Below are positions 20,262-30,785 of a stretch of DNA of 64,000 nt, piece by piece. The notes beneath the pieces were generated by a model. It saw nothing but the letters and a program-made list of their open reading frames with translations, made no database searches and was not told the origin of the DNA. A program made the translations under genes and the position numbers. Source of the stretch: Gammaproteobacteria bacterium (GTDB lineage Bacteria > Pseudomonadota > Gammaproteobacteria > Steroidobacterales > Rariloculaceae); contig OY761822.1 of assembly GCA_963664945.1 (NCBI GenBank), positions 661,732 to 725,731 of the forward strand. The letters are read 5' to 3'. Every line of letters begins with the position of its first letter. Within the stretch, counting starts at the first letter, position 1.

Positions 20262-21929
20262 TCAGCGATAAAGCGGCAACAGTTCCCGCTCGCCCGCTGT
20301 CGCGGCGCGTGAACGGGTCACCGCATCGGCCTGAGCCAGGGCGTCCTTGAGCGCCTCGCCGTTCCAGGCGGGCGAATCCGGCCCGTAAAGGCTCCGTTCA
20401 AGGTCACCGATGGCCGCGGCCAAGTCCGCCGGAAGCATCGCCGCCAATCCGCCGAGGCTCTTCGGCTTCTCGCCGAATCGCGCCGCGCCCCAGTCCAGCA
20501 ACAGCCTGCGCGCGGTCCCGGCGTCGTTGATGTTGCATGCCGCGCGCAACCGCCTCAGCAAGCGGCGGTCGGATACCCTAGCCGGCGTCTCTTCGGCGGG
20601 CTGGCGCAGTGCCGCGGCACGCCGGGCGCGGCCGCTCTGCCACCAGGCCAGAAGCGTCACCGCCCACGCCGCCAGCAGCCCGGCGCTGATCCCCTGCCAT
20701 AGGCGCTGCCCGGTCTCGGCGGCCTCCGCCGGCGCCGCGTCTTGCGCGGGCGCGGGCATCGCCTCGGCGCCCGGCTCGCGGCTTGGAAGGACGGTGACCT
20801 GGCTGGGCTCTATGCGCGCCACTTCCCATTCCCGGCTGTCCACATTGAACCACGGCATCTCGACCGCTGGGATGATCAATGACCCGGCGCTCTGGGCGAT
20901 CACGGCGAACCGTTCCGTGCGCACCGCACGAATGCCGTCGGCGCTGCCTTCGCGGGACAGTTCCGGCTGATCCGCGTACTGCTGCAGGGAGTCCGTCTCG
21001 AACTGCGACAAGTCGGGAATCTGCGTCTCCAGCACGCCGTCCACCTCGACCCGCAATGTTCGGGTCTGGGGTATGCCGGCGGTGAATTCTTCGGGATCGC
21101 CGCTCCAACGCTGTTCGATCGTCACGCCGCCGGCCGGCAGCCAGGACGCCCCGGCCAGTTCCGGCGGCGGTGCGACCGCCGGCAACACCGACAGGCTCAC
21201 CGGCTCGGATCGAAATCGCTGCAGGCTGGAGAACCCGGATGCGGTAATGACCACCGCTTCGAACACCATCGGCTGGATCGTCAACTCGCCCGCCACCTGC
21301 GGGAACACGGCGTAGCGGCGCTCCAGCACGACGAACGTGCGATCGTCGCGAACGGTCTGATATTCCCGGTCCTCTCCCAACGCGACGACGATGGCTTCGC
21401 CGCCGGTCACGTCCGGCGGCGTCAGGCTCGAGCGGCCCGTGCTGACGGCGCGGTACAACCGCTGCGTATAGATGACCTGGGACTGAACGTAGGCCGTGGC
21501 GGGAGAAATCTCCACCTCAAGGAATATATCGCCGGGGGCGTCGCCCGCCAGCGCCGGCAGGACCTGAAGGTCCACCGGATTGGAAAGGGCGCCGGCCAGT
21601 TCAATGGGGGCAAGCGTGAACGAGCCCGAGCCTCTCGGCATGAGCTGGTAGCGCCATTCGGTGATCTGGGATGTGCGCCCCCCCAGCATCTGGATGCTGG
21701 TGTTCCGGCTTCTCTGCAGGACCTCGAAATCGGTTGTGAGCATGGAGACATCGGGTTCGTCCCGAACCTGCCCCTGCACCGCCAGAACATAGGTAAACGA
21801 CTCGTTCTCCCGGATCGTGGACCGGTCCACGCTGGCGCGCAGCGCCACGTCCTGGGCGCCCGCGACGCCGGCGGCCGCCAGCAGCCAGATCGCCAGCAGT
21901 GCGCGGCGAAAGGCCTGCGCCGTCACCAT
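20262..21929 (-). CDS. BatD-like protein (oxygen-tolerance family)
   Basis: Start MVTAQAFRRALLAIWLLAAAGVAGAQD (signal). C-terminal TM segment. ATGGTGA overlap with the upstream gene. Last gene of the bat-type operon. Confidence 0.7.
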   Translation of the reverse strand: MVTAQAFRRALLAIWLLAAAGVAGAQDVALRASVDRSTIRENESFTYVLAVQGQVRDEPDVSMLTTDFEVLQRSRNTSIQMLGGRTSQITEWRYQLMPRGSGSFTLAPIELAGALSNPVDLQVLPALAGDAPGDIFLEVEISPATAYVQSQVIYTQRLYRAVSTGRSSLTPPDVTGGEAIVVALGEDREYQTVRDDRTFVVLERRYAVFPQVAGELTIQPMVFEAVVITASGFSSLQRFRSEPVSLSVLPAVAPPPELAGASWLPAGGVTIEQRWSGDPEEFTAGIPQTRTLRVEVDGVLETQIPDLSQFETDSLQQYADQPELSREGSADGIRAVRTERFAVIAQSAGSLIIPAVEMPWFNVDSREWEVARIEPSQVTVLPSREPGAEAMPAPAQDAAPAEAAETGQRLWQGISAGLLAAWAVTLLAWWQSGRARRAAALRQPAEETPARVSDRRLLRRLRAACNINDAGTARRLLLDWGAARFGEKPKSLGGLAAMLPADLAAAIGDLERSLYGPDSPAWNGEALKDALAQADAVTRSRAATAGERELLPLYR

Positions 21930-23683
21930 GGCTGTTCCTCGTCTCCGGGCCAGACATAGTTGCCGTCCTGATCGACGCCCAGGCGCTGGTACTGGTACAG
22001 GAACTTGCGCCGCAGCAGGCCGCCCGGGTCCTCGGGAATCCGCCGCAACCATTGTTCCGCGGCCTGCTCCGACGCCCACTCCTCCAGGTCGCCCGGGCTC
22101 GGTACCGGGTCCCCTTCCGGGGGTTCGTCCCCGGCCTCCGCGGGTGCGGGCTGTTGCTGTGCCTGTTCCTCGCCCTGATCGGCGCCCTGGCCGTCCCGGG
22201 ACGCCGAGTCCTCTCCATGGGAGGAATCCGGCTGTTCGGCCCCCTGGCTCCGTGCCGATTCCTGCGACTCGCTGTCGTCGCCTGAATCTCCTTCGCCATT
22301 GCTGTCGCCCTGGGACTGCTGCGGCGGTTGTTGCATGAGAAGATCGCGGTTGAATTGCGCATCCTCGTGCTCCGGGTCGATTTCGAGCGCCTGATCGTAG
22401 GCACCGATCGCCTCGGCGAACGCACCCGCCCGCGCCAGGGCATTGCCGCGGTTGTAGTGCCCGTCGGCGGTTTGCGCCGTCGAGAGCGTCTCGGCGCTGG
22501 GCTCGAACTGGCCGGCACGGTACTGCGCCGCGGCGCGCCACGCGGGATCCTCGAACAGTTCGCTGGCGCTTTCGTGATCCTCCGCCTCGAACGCCGCCCG
22601 CCCCTGCTGGTCGGGGCGCTTCCACAGATCGGCCCAGGTCTGCGCATCGGCCCGCTGACCGGGCAGGATCAGCACCGCGGCCCACATCACCACCCAGCCG
22701 CGCCGGAAGGACAGCGCCAGCAAGGGCAGGAGCAGGAGCACCAGCCAGACGCCCTGATCCCGCCAGATCTCCGTGCGCAGTTCCTCGCCGTCGCCGGCAA
22801 GCACGCCGGCGGCAGAAGGCGCGCCCGAGAACAGTCGATCCAGATCCCGATCGTCGGGAGTCAGTCCGGCGTACTGCCCGCCGCCGGCTTCGGCCAAGCG
22901 CTGCAACGCGCCAAGATTGACGCGATTGACGACCACCTGGCCCCTGTCGTCGGCGAGAAAGCCCCCCCCCGCCTGGGGGATGGGACCGCCCTGGGCGGTT
23001 CCCACGGACATGACGTGCAACGTCATGCCCTGGCTGCGCAACTCACGCGCCAGTTCCAGCGCGGCCGGCGATACCCCGGAATCGCTGACCAGCAGTATCG
23101 CCCCGCGATTGGCCGCGGCTTGGCGCAGCAGTTGCGCCGCCCGGCTGATCCCGGCCTCCGGATAGCTGCCCCGGCTGGGCATGATGTCGCTGGAAAGGCT
23201 CGACACCAGCGCGGCGATGGTCCGCGTATCGGTCGTCAGCGGCGTCACCGTGAAGGCGTGCGCCGAAAACACCACCAGGCCGGTCTGCCCGCTTTCGCGC
23301 CGCTGCAGCAGCGACAGCAGTTTCAGCTTGGCCCGCTCCAGGCGGCTCGGTTCCATGTCGCCGGCGTCCATGGACCGGGACAGGTCAAGGACGACCACGA
23401 GGGCTTCGGAGGAACGCAGCGCCGGCACCGGCATCCGCTCCCAGGTCGGCCCCGCCAGCGCCACAATGGCCAGCGCGCACACCGCGACCGCGCCCGACGG
23501 CAGCCAGCGCTTGCCGCGCACCGCGCTGTCGGCAGCCGTCAACACCAGCGGTTGCAACGCTTCGTCCACCCAGGCCTGCCAGCGTCCCGCCGTGGCGCTA
23601 CCCCGTGTAAGGCGCCAGACAAGCCAGATGGCGACCGGCAGGAGCAGCAGCCAGAAAGGCCGGACGAAGTGAAACTCAGCCAT
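21923..23683 (-). CDS. BatB/BatC-like VWA plus TPR protein
   Basis: N-terminal TM segments, VWA motif VVVLDLSRSM, TPR-like YNRGNALARAGAFAEAIGAYDQALEIDP, acidic low-complexity tail. Confidence 0.75.
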   Translation of the reverse strand: MAEFHFVRPFWLLLLPVAIWLVWRLTRGSATAGRWQAWVDEALQPLVLTAADSAVRGKRWLPSGAVAVCALAIVALAGPTWERMPVPALRSSEALVVVLDLSRSMDAGDMEPSRLERAKLKLLSLLQRRESGQTGLVVFSAHAFTVTPLTTDTRTIAALVSSLSSDIMPSRGSYPEAGISRAAQLLRQAAANRGAILLVSDSGVSPAALELARELRSQGMTLHVMSVGTAQGGPIPQAGGGFLADDRGQVVVNRVNLGALQRLAEAGGGQYAGLTPDDRDLDRLFSGAPSAAGVLAGDGEELRTEIWRDQGVWLVLLLLPLLALSFRRGWVVMWAAVLILPGQRADAQTWADLWKRPDQQGRAAFEAEDHESASELFEDPAWRAAAQYRAGQFEPSAETLSTAQTADGHYNRGNALARAGAFAEAIGAYDQALEIDPEHEDAQFNRDLLMQQPPQQSQGDSNGEGDSGDDSESQESARSQGAEQPDSSHGEDSASRDGQGADQGEEQAQQQPAPAEAGDEPPEGDPVPSPGDLEEWASEQAAEQWLRRIPEDPGGLLRRKFLYQYQRLGVDQDGNYVWPGDEEQPW

Positions 23684-24698
23684 CGGGCGCCTCCGCCACG
23701 ACCGCGCGCGCGCGCCTTCGCAGCGCCGCCGCGGCCCACAGCAGGCTCAGCCCGAGCGCCGCGCCCAACGGCCAGAAAAAGTATTCCTTGATGGGCCTGA
23801 AGCCGGTTTCATCGCTGGCGGCCGGTTCCAGTTCGTCCAGCAGCGCGTAGATCTGCTCGAATTCCTCGGTATTGCGCGCCCGGAAATAGCGCCCGCCCGT
23901 TCCCGCCGCGATGGTGGTGAGCGTTTCCTCGTCCAGGTCCGCGGAAGGATTGATCTGCCGGACGCCGAACAGCGAACGTACCATCAACGCGTCGGCGCCG
24001 ATTCCGATGGCGTAGATCACCATGCCCCGTTCCCGCGCCAGGTCCGCCGCCTTCAGCGGATCGACGGCGCCTGCGGTATTGGCTCCGTCGGTCAGCATGA
24101 TGAATACCCGGCGATTCTCGTCGATCCCGGCGTCGGTGAGGGTCTTGATGCCGAGCCCGATCGCGTCGCCGATGGCCGTTTCCTTGCCGGCGAGCCCGAT
24201 CACCGCCTCGTCCAGCAGCGTCTGGACGGTTCTGCGGTCGAACGTGAGAGGCGCCTGGAGATAGGTTTCGCGCCCGAAAAGGATCAGGCCGATGCGATCC
24301 CCCACCCTGCGGTCGATGAAGTCGCGCGCCACCGCCTTGGTGGCCGTCAGCCTGTCGACCCACTCGCCGTTGAGCTGAAAATCCTGTTCCTCCATGCTCC
24401 CGGAAAGATCCACGGCCATGAGCAGGTCCCGGCCGGTGGCGGGCAACGCGGTCGCCTCGCCCACGTACTGGGGCCTCGCCGCCGCCAGGAGCGCCAGCGC
24501 CCAGATGCCCCACAGCAGGATCAACCGGCCCGTCGTGCCGCTTTCGGTGCCTCCCGCGCCGCCAAGACCGGCGTACTCCGCAAGGTCCGGGACCCTGAGC
24601 GCGGCGTCGCGGTCGACAGGATCGGGGGTCGACCAGCGACGTACCAGCCACGGCACGGGCAACGCCAGCAACATCCACCACCAGGCAAGCTGCCACAT
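23676..24698 (-). CDS. BatA-like VWA domain membrane protein
   Basis: LLMAVDLSGSM MIDAS motif, ...MLTDGANTAG, flanking TM segments. Confidence 0.8.
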   Translation of the reverse strand: MWQLAWWWMLLALPVPWLVRRWSTPDPVDRDAALRVPDLAEYAGLGGAGGTESGTTGRLILLWGIWALALLAAARPQYVGEATALPATGRDLLMAVDLSGSMEEQDFQLNGEWVDRLTATKAVARDFIDRRVGDRIGLILFGRETYLQAPLTFDRRTVQTLLDEAVIGLAGKETAIGDAIGLGIKTLTDAGIDENRRVFIMLTDGANTAGAVDPLKAADLARERGMVIYAIGIGADALMVRSLFGVRQINPSADLDEETLTTIAAGTGGRYFRARNTEEFEQIYALLDELEPAASDETGFRPIKEYFFWPLGAALGLSLLWAAAALRRRARAVVAEAPDG

Positions 24699-24701
24699 GT
24701 T

Positions 24702-25190
24702 CTACCCCCCTGCCTTCTGGGCCCTGACCCAGTCCTGGCACAGGAGCCCGAGTTCAAGACATTGCTCGCGGTCGAGGCGTTCCGCGCCTGCGTACGGGGC
24801 CGACGCCAACCCTCGGCCGGCTCCCTGCGAGAACGCCTCGCGTTCCCAGCGGCTGTCCAGCCAGGCGAGCCACGATTCGCCGGTCAGGCCGGCGACCGAT
24901 TCGGGCTGACGGCTCAGCGTCATGGCAAAGCGCTTCAGCGTCGTGGACAGGCGCTGAGCGCAGACCGCCGGGTCGCCACCCGCCCGCAATGCCTCGAGCG
25001 CTGCCTTCAACTCCGCTGTGGCGGCCCGATGGCGCCAGGCGGCACGATACCGCAACGCCCATATTACCGCGCCCAGGAGCACGGCCCCTGCGAGTATCCA
25101 CCAACCCATGGCGGGAGGCCACCAGCCAACGGCCTCGGGCAGGTGAATATCCCGCAACGGAAGCTGGCCTGGGTCCAATACCGGATTCAT
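24702..25190 (-). CDS. DUF4381-like small membrane protein
   Basis: MNPVLDPGQLPLRDIHLPEAVGWWPPAMGWW then a TM segment. ATGA overlap with the DUF58 stop. Confidence 0.6.
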   Translation of the reverse strand: MNPVLDPGQLPLRDIHLPEAVGWWPPAMGWWILAGAVLLGAVIWALRYRAAWRHRAATAELKAALEALRAGGDPAVCAQRLSTTLKRFAMTLSRQPESVAGLTGESWLAWLDSRWEREAFSQGAGRGLASAPYAGAERLDREQCLELGLLCQDWVRAQKAGG

Positions 25191-26116
25191 CTGCCTGCAA
25201 AACGGGCGCCGAGAACCTTCTGTGGGTCCATGTTGGTACCGCAATCCAGGAGTTGGACACCCGGAGTGCGCGAAAGGTTCGCAAGCCGCGCGCGCCTTTC
25301 GAGGAAGCGCTCCCGGTAGGCGCTTCGTTGCGCCGCGCCGCCGGTGTCGATGGCGACCGAACGGCTCCCGGCCAGAACCCGGTAGCGCCCGGGGGGCGGC
25401 AGGTTGCGTTCCACCGGATCGAAGAAATGCACCAGTGAAACGTCGCTGTGGCGCGCCAACTGGCGAAGATGGCGTTCGAACGAGTCGTCCAGCGAGCGAA
25501 AATCGCTGAGCAGGAAAATCTGGCTGCCCGGGCGCGCCACCCGGGTAAGCCGCTGCAGCGTATGCGGCTGCACCGTGGCCAGGGGAGCATGTGGCGAATC
25601 CCAGAACGCCGGGTCGCTGATCACGCGCAACATGCGCAAGGCGGCGCCGCGTCCCAGGCGCGGCCTGAGTTCGACGTGCTCGTGCTCGGAAAAGATCAGC
25701 CCGCCCAGGCGATCGCCGTTGGCCACTGCGCTCCACGCCACCAGCGCCGCCATCTGGGCGGCCCTCACGGCCTTGAACACACCCTTGGTGGCAAACAGCA
25801 TGGGCCTGCGCAAATCGAGCCAGAGGATGACCGGGCGGTCCCGCTCCTCCCTGAACACCTTGGTGTGGGGTTTGCCGGTCCGTGCCGTCACCTTCCAGTC
25901 CATGGTCCTGAGATCGTCGCCCGGCTGATACGGGCGCGACTCGTCAAACTCCACGCCACGGCCCTTCAGCCGCGAGAGGTGACCGCCGGCGTCAAGGGCG
26001 CGCACCCGCAACGCTCCGATCTTCAGGGACTCGCCTGCCGGCTTCAGGCGGATGAGTTCGGCCAGTTCGATACGGGCGGGCGAGGACGTCGATCGAACTG
26101 CACCGGCCGAATTCAT
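25187..26116 (-). CDS. DUF58 family protein
   Basis: GVEFDESRPYQPGDDLRTMDWKVTAR signature. Follows moxR with a 1-nt overlap. Confidence 0.8.
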   Translation of the reverse strand: MNSAGAVRSTSSPARIELAELIRLKPAGESLKIGALRVRALDAGGHLSRLKGRGVEFDESRPYQPGDDLRTMDWKVTARTGKPHTKVFREERDRPVILWLDLRRPMLFATKGVFKAVRAAQMAALVAWSAVANGDRLGGLIFSEHEHVELRPRLGRGAALRMLRVISDPAFWDSPHAPLATVQPHTLQRLTRVARPGSQIFLLSDFRSLDDSFERHLRQLARHSDVSLVHFFDPVERNLPPPGRYRVLAGSRSVAIDTGGAAQRSAYRERFLERRARLANLSRTPGVQLLDCGTNMDPQKVLGARFAGR

Positions 26117-27090
26117 CAGGGCACCCCGATCCGCGCCAGAAGCTCGTCCACGACCTCGTCCGCCGTTCGGCCTGCGGCTTCGGCCTCGAAGCTCAACAGG
26201 ATGCGGTGGCGCAGGACATCATGCGCCACGGACTGAACGTCCTCCGGAGTGACGTAGTCGCGCCCCGCCAGCCACGCGCGGGCCCTTGCACAGCGATCCA
26301 GCGCTATGGTTGCCCGCGGGCTGGCGCCGTACTGAAGGAGGCCCCGAAGGTCGTCCCCGTAGCGCTCCGAGCGCCTCGTCCCCAGCACCACCTGAACGAT
26401 GTATTCCTCAAGCGGCCCGGCGAGATGCAGTTGCAGGACTTCCTGGCGGGCCGCCATCACGTCGGACTGGGTCAGCACCGCGGGTGGCTGGAACAGTTCG
26501 GCATCGTCAGCCGCCCGGCTGGCCTCGCGCCGGTTGATCTGCAGGATGGCGTGTTCGCCCGCGGCGTTGGGGTAGTCCACCAGCACCTGCATGAGAAAGC
26601 GGTCCAGTTGCGCCTCCGGCAAGGGGTACGTGCCTTCCTGCTCGATGGGATTCTGGGTGGCCATGACCATGTACAGCTCCGGCAGCCGGTAGGTCACCGA
26701 TCCCACCGTGATCTGGCGCTCTCCCATGGCTTCGAGCAATGCGGCCTGCACCTTGGCCGGCGCGCGGTTGACTTCGTCGGCGAGAATCAGGTTGTGAAAC
26801 AGGGGGCCTTCCCGAAAGACGAACGAGCCGTCCTGGGGGCGGTATATCTCCGTACCCGTCAGATCTGCCGGCAACAGGTCGGGCGTGAACTGCAGACGAT
26901 GGAAATCTCCTTCGACGCTGTGGCTCAAAACCTTGATGGCGCGGGTCTTCGCCAGGCCGGGCGCGCCCTCCACCAACAGGTGCCCGTCGCAGAGCAAGGC
27001 GACGAGCATGCGGTTGAGAAGCTCCTTCTGCCCGACGACGAGTCCGGACAAATGGCCTTCCAGAGTGGCTAACTTTTCCTGCAGTGACAT
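26116..27090 (-). CDS. MoxR-family AAA+ ATPase
   Basis: LLVEGAPGLAKT Walker A, ILADEVNRA Walker B, ATQNP. Confidence 0.9.
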   Translation of the reverse strand: MSLQEKLATLEGHLSGLVVGQKELLNRMLVALLCDGHLLVEGAPGLAKTRAIKVLSHSVEGDFHRLQFTPDLLPADLTGTEIYRPQDGSFVFREGPLFHNLILADEVNRAPAKVQAALLEAMGERQITVGSVTYRLPELYMVMATQNPIEQEGTYPLPEAQLDRFLMQVLVDYPNAAGEHAILQINRREASRAADDAELFQPPAVLTQSDVMAARQEVLQLHLAGPLEEYIVQVVLGTRRSERYGDDLRGLLQYGASPRATIALDRCARARAWLAGRDYVTPEDVQSVAHDVLRHRILLSFEAEAAGRTADEVVDELLARIGVP

Positions 27091-27270
27091 TTGCGTGACG
27101 CCTGACCAAGGCGGGAAATCTTACCGTTCGGAGACTTGCAGTCCAACTCCGGCGGCCAGTCCGGCCACCCTGGCAGTTTTCGCTCCGGCCGCCGGCGCGC
27201 TGACATCGGAGGGAAATGGGTATTTCAATGCAAGCCCGTCGGCTGCACCAACAAGCGGCATTGGACCAGC

Positions 27271-27687
27271 TTATCCGTAGCGGCGTTTCATCTCGGCGAC
27301 GGACTCGCGCACAAGTTCTTCGAGCAATTTCAGGTCGACATCTTCGAGCTTGTTGACATACAGGCAGGACTTGCCGGTGCGGTGCTTGCCCAGCCTGCCA
27401 AGCAGTTCACCGTAGTCCGAGAACCCCGGCATGATGTAGATGGCCAGATTCTGCTTGCGGGGTGAGAAGCCGACCACGAGCGAGTCGCCTTCCCGGCCGC
27501 TGGCGTATCGATAGTGGTAGCTGCCGAACCCGACGATGCTGGTACCCCACATCTTCGGCGGCTCGCCGGTCACTTCCTGCATCAAGGCCAGGAGCCGCCT
27601 CGCATCCGCCCTGCGCCGCGGGTTTTCAACCCCGTCGAGAAATTGGTTCACGTCTGCGTCGTTTTGCGCGGTTTTGCGTTGTGACAT
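27271..27687 (-). CDS. DUF1801 (YdhG-like) protein
   Basis: MSQRK...VNQFLDGVENPRRRADARRLLALM...MWGTSIVGFG...LYVNKLEDVD. Confidence 0.6.
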   Translation of the reverse strand: MSQRKTAQNDADVNQFLDGVENPRRRADARRLLALMQEVTGEPPKMWGTSIVGFGSYHYRYASGREGDSLVVGFSPRKQNLAIYIMPGFSDYGELLGRLGKHRTGKSCLYVNKLEDVDLKLLEELVRESVAEMKRRYG

Positions 27688-27829
27688 CGGCTCGATCGAT
27701 CCCGCTTGCGCTACTCGCTGCCTTGTTCCCGGCTCATGTCGGTATTCTATTGCGACTAAGGGCCACAGTTGCAACGTGCCCTTGGAGGCGTATGATTGAA
27801 CTTCAACTTGAACTTCATGTGAAACCATT

Positions 27830-28066
27830 ATGACATCCGTATCCATGGTGGAATTGCGGCGCGACGCCGAAGGCATCCTTCAACGGGTCAGCCGGGGCGA
27901 ACGACTGGTCTTGACCTATCGTGGCCGGCCGGTAGCCCGGCTTGAGCCATTCACGAAACCGGCCACTTCTCCCAACGACCCCATTTACCGCCTGGCAGAG
28001 CTTGCCGTTGACCGGGGAGAGTCCCTCGGCAACGCGGAAATGGACGCCATCATCTATGGCGGATGA
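27830..28066 (+). CDS. Type II antitoxin, Phd/YefM family
   Basis: 78 aa, VELRRDAEGILQRVSRGERLVLTYRGRPVARLEP. Overlaps the downstream PIN gene. Confidence 0.75.
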   Translation: MTSVSMVELRRDAEGILQRVSRGERLVLTYRGRPVARLEPFTKPATSPNDPIYRLAELAVDRGESLGNAEMDAIIYGG

Positions 28067-28472
28067 GACATTCATCGATACCAGCGGTTTCTATTCACTG
28101 CTGGTGCGCCGGGATCGTATGCACGCTCGCGCCGCCGAGTTCATTGCCGATGCGGCAGGCGTCAGAGGCCGATTCGTCACGACCGACTACGTCATTGACG
28201 AGACGGTCACGCTACTGAAGGCACGGGGCCATGGCGAGCTTGTTGGGCCGTTGTTTCAAGCAATCGACAATTCCACTGCCATGCGAGTCGAGTGGACGAC
28301 TTCAGAACGCTTCGCAGAAGCAATATCCTTCTGCCTGCGCCATTCGGATAAAGCATGGTCGTTCACCGACTGCGTAAGCTTTGTGGTCATGCAGTCCCTT
28401 GGCCTGAACAGGGCACTAACCAGCGACAATCACTTCGAACAAGGTGGCTTCCAAGTCTTGTTGAAGGATTGA
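28056..28472 (+). CDS. PIN-domain toxin (VapC-like)
   Basis: FIDTSGF (Asp 1), TTDYVIDET, SFTDCVSFVVM, ALTSDNHF. Confidence 0.75.
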   Translation: MADETFIDTSGFYSLLVRRDRMHARAAEFIADAAGVRGRFVTTDYVIDETVTLLKARGHGELVGPLFQAIDNSTAMRVEWTTSERFAEAISFCLRHSDKAWSFTDCVSFVVMQSLGLNRALTSDNHFEQGGFQVLLKD

Positions 28473-28730
28473 ACCACATGGGCAGCCATCTTGCTCGAAT
28501 CGCCTCACGGCAGAGGGCGCTTTGGCGAAATACCCGGCGCCCCACCCAACTGTTAGTTACGGATCAGGTGGATGGAGCACCAGTACGAACGGGAAGTGGC
28601 GAACACTTGTCACGGATAGCCTCAACCTGTCATTCTCAGAGCTATGGCGAACCGCAGAAAGCCGACGCCCATAAGCCACATCACCGCTCGCCGTTCCCTT
28701 GCGAAACTTCGTGACACAGGAGATAAACCA

Positions 28731-30191
28731 GTGACAAAGGATGCCCCAAGCGCCGCCATCGCAGCACTTGCACTGCTATTCGGATTCGCTGCCGTCGCCC
28801 AGACCCCCTTTGACCCGAGCGTCGCGGAAACGGTAGAGACCGTGCGGATCACGGCCTCGGGTCAGCGCTTCGTGCCCCGGCAAAGCCTGACCCCCGGCGG
28901 GGCGCCCAAGCACACCGCCGACTACGACGTCACGGTGACGTGGAATCCCGGCGGGTGGCTGGCGCGGGAGGAATGGCAACTCAATACCGTCTTCCCCGTC
29001 GTGACCGGTTTCGCCTATTCCATGACGTACGGCGAGTTGACCGGCATCAAGGATGGACAGGACAACTTCCGCGCCGCGCTGAACGGGCCGACGCCCCTGT
29101 CAGCGGCGCGCATCGGCGCCAACTTCAAGGACCTGTGGCTCACCAATCCGCTCATCCTGGCCGCGCACTCGGAGGCATCGCTTCCGCCCGTGGAGTTCGA
29201 GAGCGGCGGCAACGCCCGGCACCGCATCGCTCTATCGGCTCATGACACGGAGTGGACATTGGTCATCGATCCTGCCACGGGCCTGCCGGAAGCAGTCACC
29301 GTCATGGAACAGGACCCCACCAACGGCGAGGGCCCCAACCGGGTGGTCTTCTCCGACTGGCGGGAAGTATCCGGCGTACCCTTCCCGTTCCAGGTCGAAC
29401 AGTTTCTCAACGGCGGACTGCTGCGCCGGGAAATGCGATCGGTCATCGAGGTGAACCCCGACAACGCGGACAGCGTGCTCGCGGTACCCGACGACCTCGA
29501 ACCGGGGGATTCAGCGCAACGGCACTGGGGATGGGGCATGTCTAACCTGCTTCTCGCGCGCGCCGGACTCGGGGGTCCTGCCGACACCCCGCAATTCGAC
29601 AACGTCGATCTGCTTGAAGTCGGTCCCGACATTTACCAGGTCATCGGCGGCAGCCATCACGGGCTGGTCGTCGTCGGTCCGGACGGCATCGCCGTGGCCG
29701 ATGCGCCCTGGTATCCGGAACGCTCGGACACCCTGCTCCGGCTACTCGAAGAACGCTGGCCGGAGCTGCCCGTACGCTACATCGTCATGACGCATCATCA
29801 TCTCGACCATTCCGGCGGCTTCCGAAGTTTTGTCGAAGCCGGTGCAACTCTTGTGGCGCATCAGGACAGCGTATGGTTCTACGAAGAGGCCCTGGCACGG
29901 GCAGGCTCGCGCGGCCTGAATGCCGTCGCAGTGGACGGAGAAGCCCAGCTCGACGGCATCGGGCGCAGCATCGGCGTATACGACATACCGAATCCCCATT
30001 CCGACGGGATGGTGGGCGTCTACGTGCCCGATACCAGGCTGTTTTTCAATTCCGATCTCTATTCGCCGGGACGGGAACTGCAATTCCCCTTGTCGATGAA
30101 TGCCCTGTTCGCCGCCGTCCGCTACCACGGCCTGGACGTCGAACGGCATGTCGGCTCCCACGGAATGGGCTACGATTCGGAACCCGAGTGA
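28731..30191 (+). CDS. Secreted metallo-beta-lactamase-fold hydrolase
   Basis: MTHHHLDHSGG motif. GTG start with AGGAG 8 nt upstream. Signal-like AAIAALALLFGFAAVAQTP. Confidence 0.7.
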   Translation: MTKDAPSAAIAALALLFGFAAVAQTPFDPSVAETVETVRITASGQRFVPRQSLTPGGAPKHTADYDVTVTWNPGGWLAREEWQLNTVFPVVTGFAYSMTYGELTGIKDGQDNFRAALNGPTPLSAARIGANFKDLWLTNPLILAAHSEASLPPVEFESGGNARHRIALSAHDTEWTLVIDPATGLPEAVTVMEQDPTNGEGPNRVVFSDWREVSGVPFPFQVEQFLNGGLLRREMRSVIEVNPDNADSVLAVPDDLEPGDSAQRHWGWGMSNLLLARAGLGGPADTPQFDNVDLLEVGPDIYQVIGGSHHGLVVVGPDGIAVADAPWYPERSDTLLRLLEERWPELPVRYIVMTHHHLDHSGGFRSFVEAGATLVAHQDSVWFYEEALARAGSRGLNAVAVDGEAQLDGIGRSIGVYDIPNPHSDGMVGVYVPDTRLFFNSDLYSPGRELQFPLSMNALFAAVRYHGLDVERHVGSHGMGYDSEPE

Positions 30192-30281
30192 CTGCACCTG
30201 GTCGGCCAGTCAGTGGGCAATCCGGGCCGTTCCGGACTTTCGCGGCCCGTTGAGTCGGTCGACCCCTGGAGGGTCTGTGAC

Positions 30282-30785
30282 ATGACGATCAACATACGGC
30301 GACTGTCAGCGATTTGCGGCGCGTGGCTGCTGGCCGCCTCGCTTCAGGCGCAAGACCTTGACGCCGTATCGGCCCAGGGCCGGCCGCTGGTGCAGGACTT
30401 CCCCCAATCCTCGCTCATCATCGACACCTCCGACTTCACCTGCGAGCATTTCGGGATCTTCGTCGCCTCCGAGCGAAATGCCCAGGCCCGGGGATTGATG
30501 TTCGTGCGCGAGATGCCCGACGACGTCGGCATGCTGTTCATTCACCCCAGCGAGCGGATGATCTCCATGTGGATGAAGAACACGCTGATTCCGCTGGACA
30601 TGGTCTTCATGGATGGCTCCGGGGTCGTCACGCACATCGCCGAGAACACGGTCCCCGGTTCGCTGGACACCATCAGTTCGATGCAGCCCGCACTGGGCAT
30701 ACTCGAGATCAATGGCGGACTGGCCGCGCGACTGGGGATCCGGCCGGGCGACCTGGTAAGGCATCCGTTTTTCGGATCGCTTTGA
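30282..30785 (+). CDS. DUF192 family protein (secreted)
   Basis: Signal peptide then RGLMFVREMPDDVGMLFIH...WMKNTLIPLDMVFMD...LEINGG. Confidence 0.7.
   Translation: MTINIRRLSAICGAWLLAASLQAQDLDAVSAQGRPLVQDFPQSSLIIDTSDFTCEHFGIFVASERNAQARGLMFVREMPDDVGMLFIHPSERMISMWMKNTLIPLDMVFMDGSGVVTHIAENTVPGSLDTISSMQPALGILEINGGLAARLGIRPGDLVRHPFFGSL

Noticed and set aside
21930-22685. N-terminal 250-aa extension of the BatD ORF, and the similar long extensions of 24702..25736 and 54029..55027
   Set aside because: The extensions overlap upstream genes in another frame and are Arg/Gly-rich. Internal starts give a signal peptide or family-typical N-terminus and operon-style overlaps.
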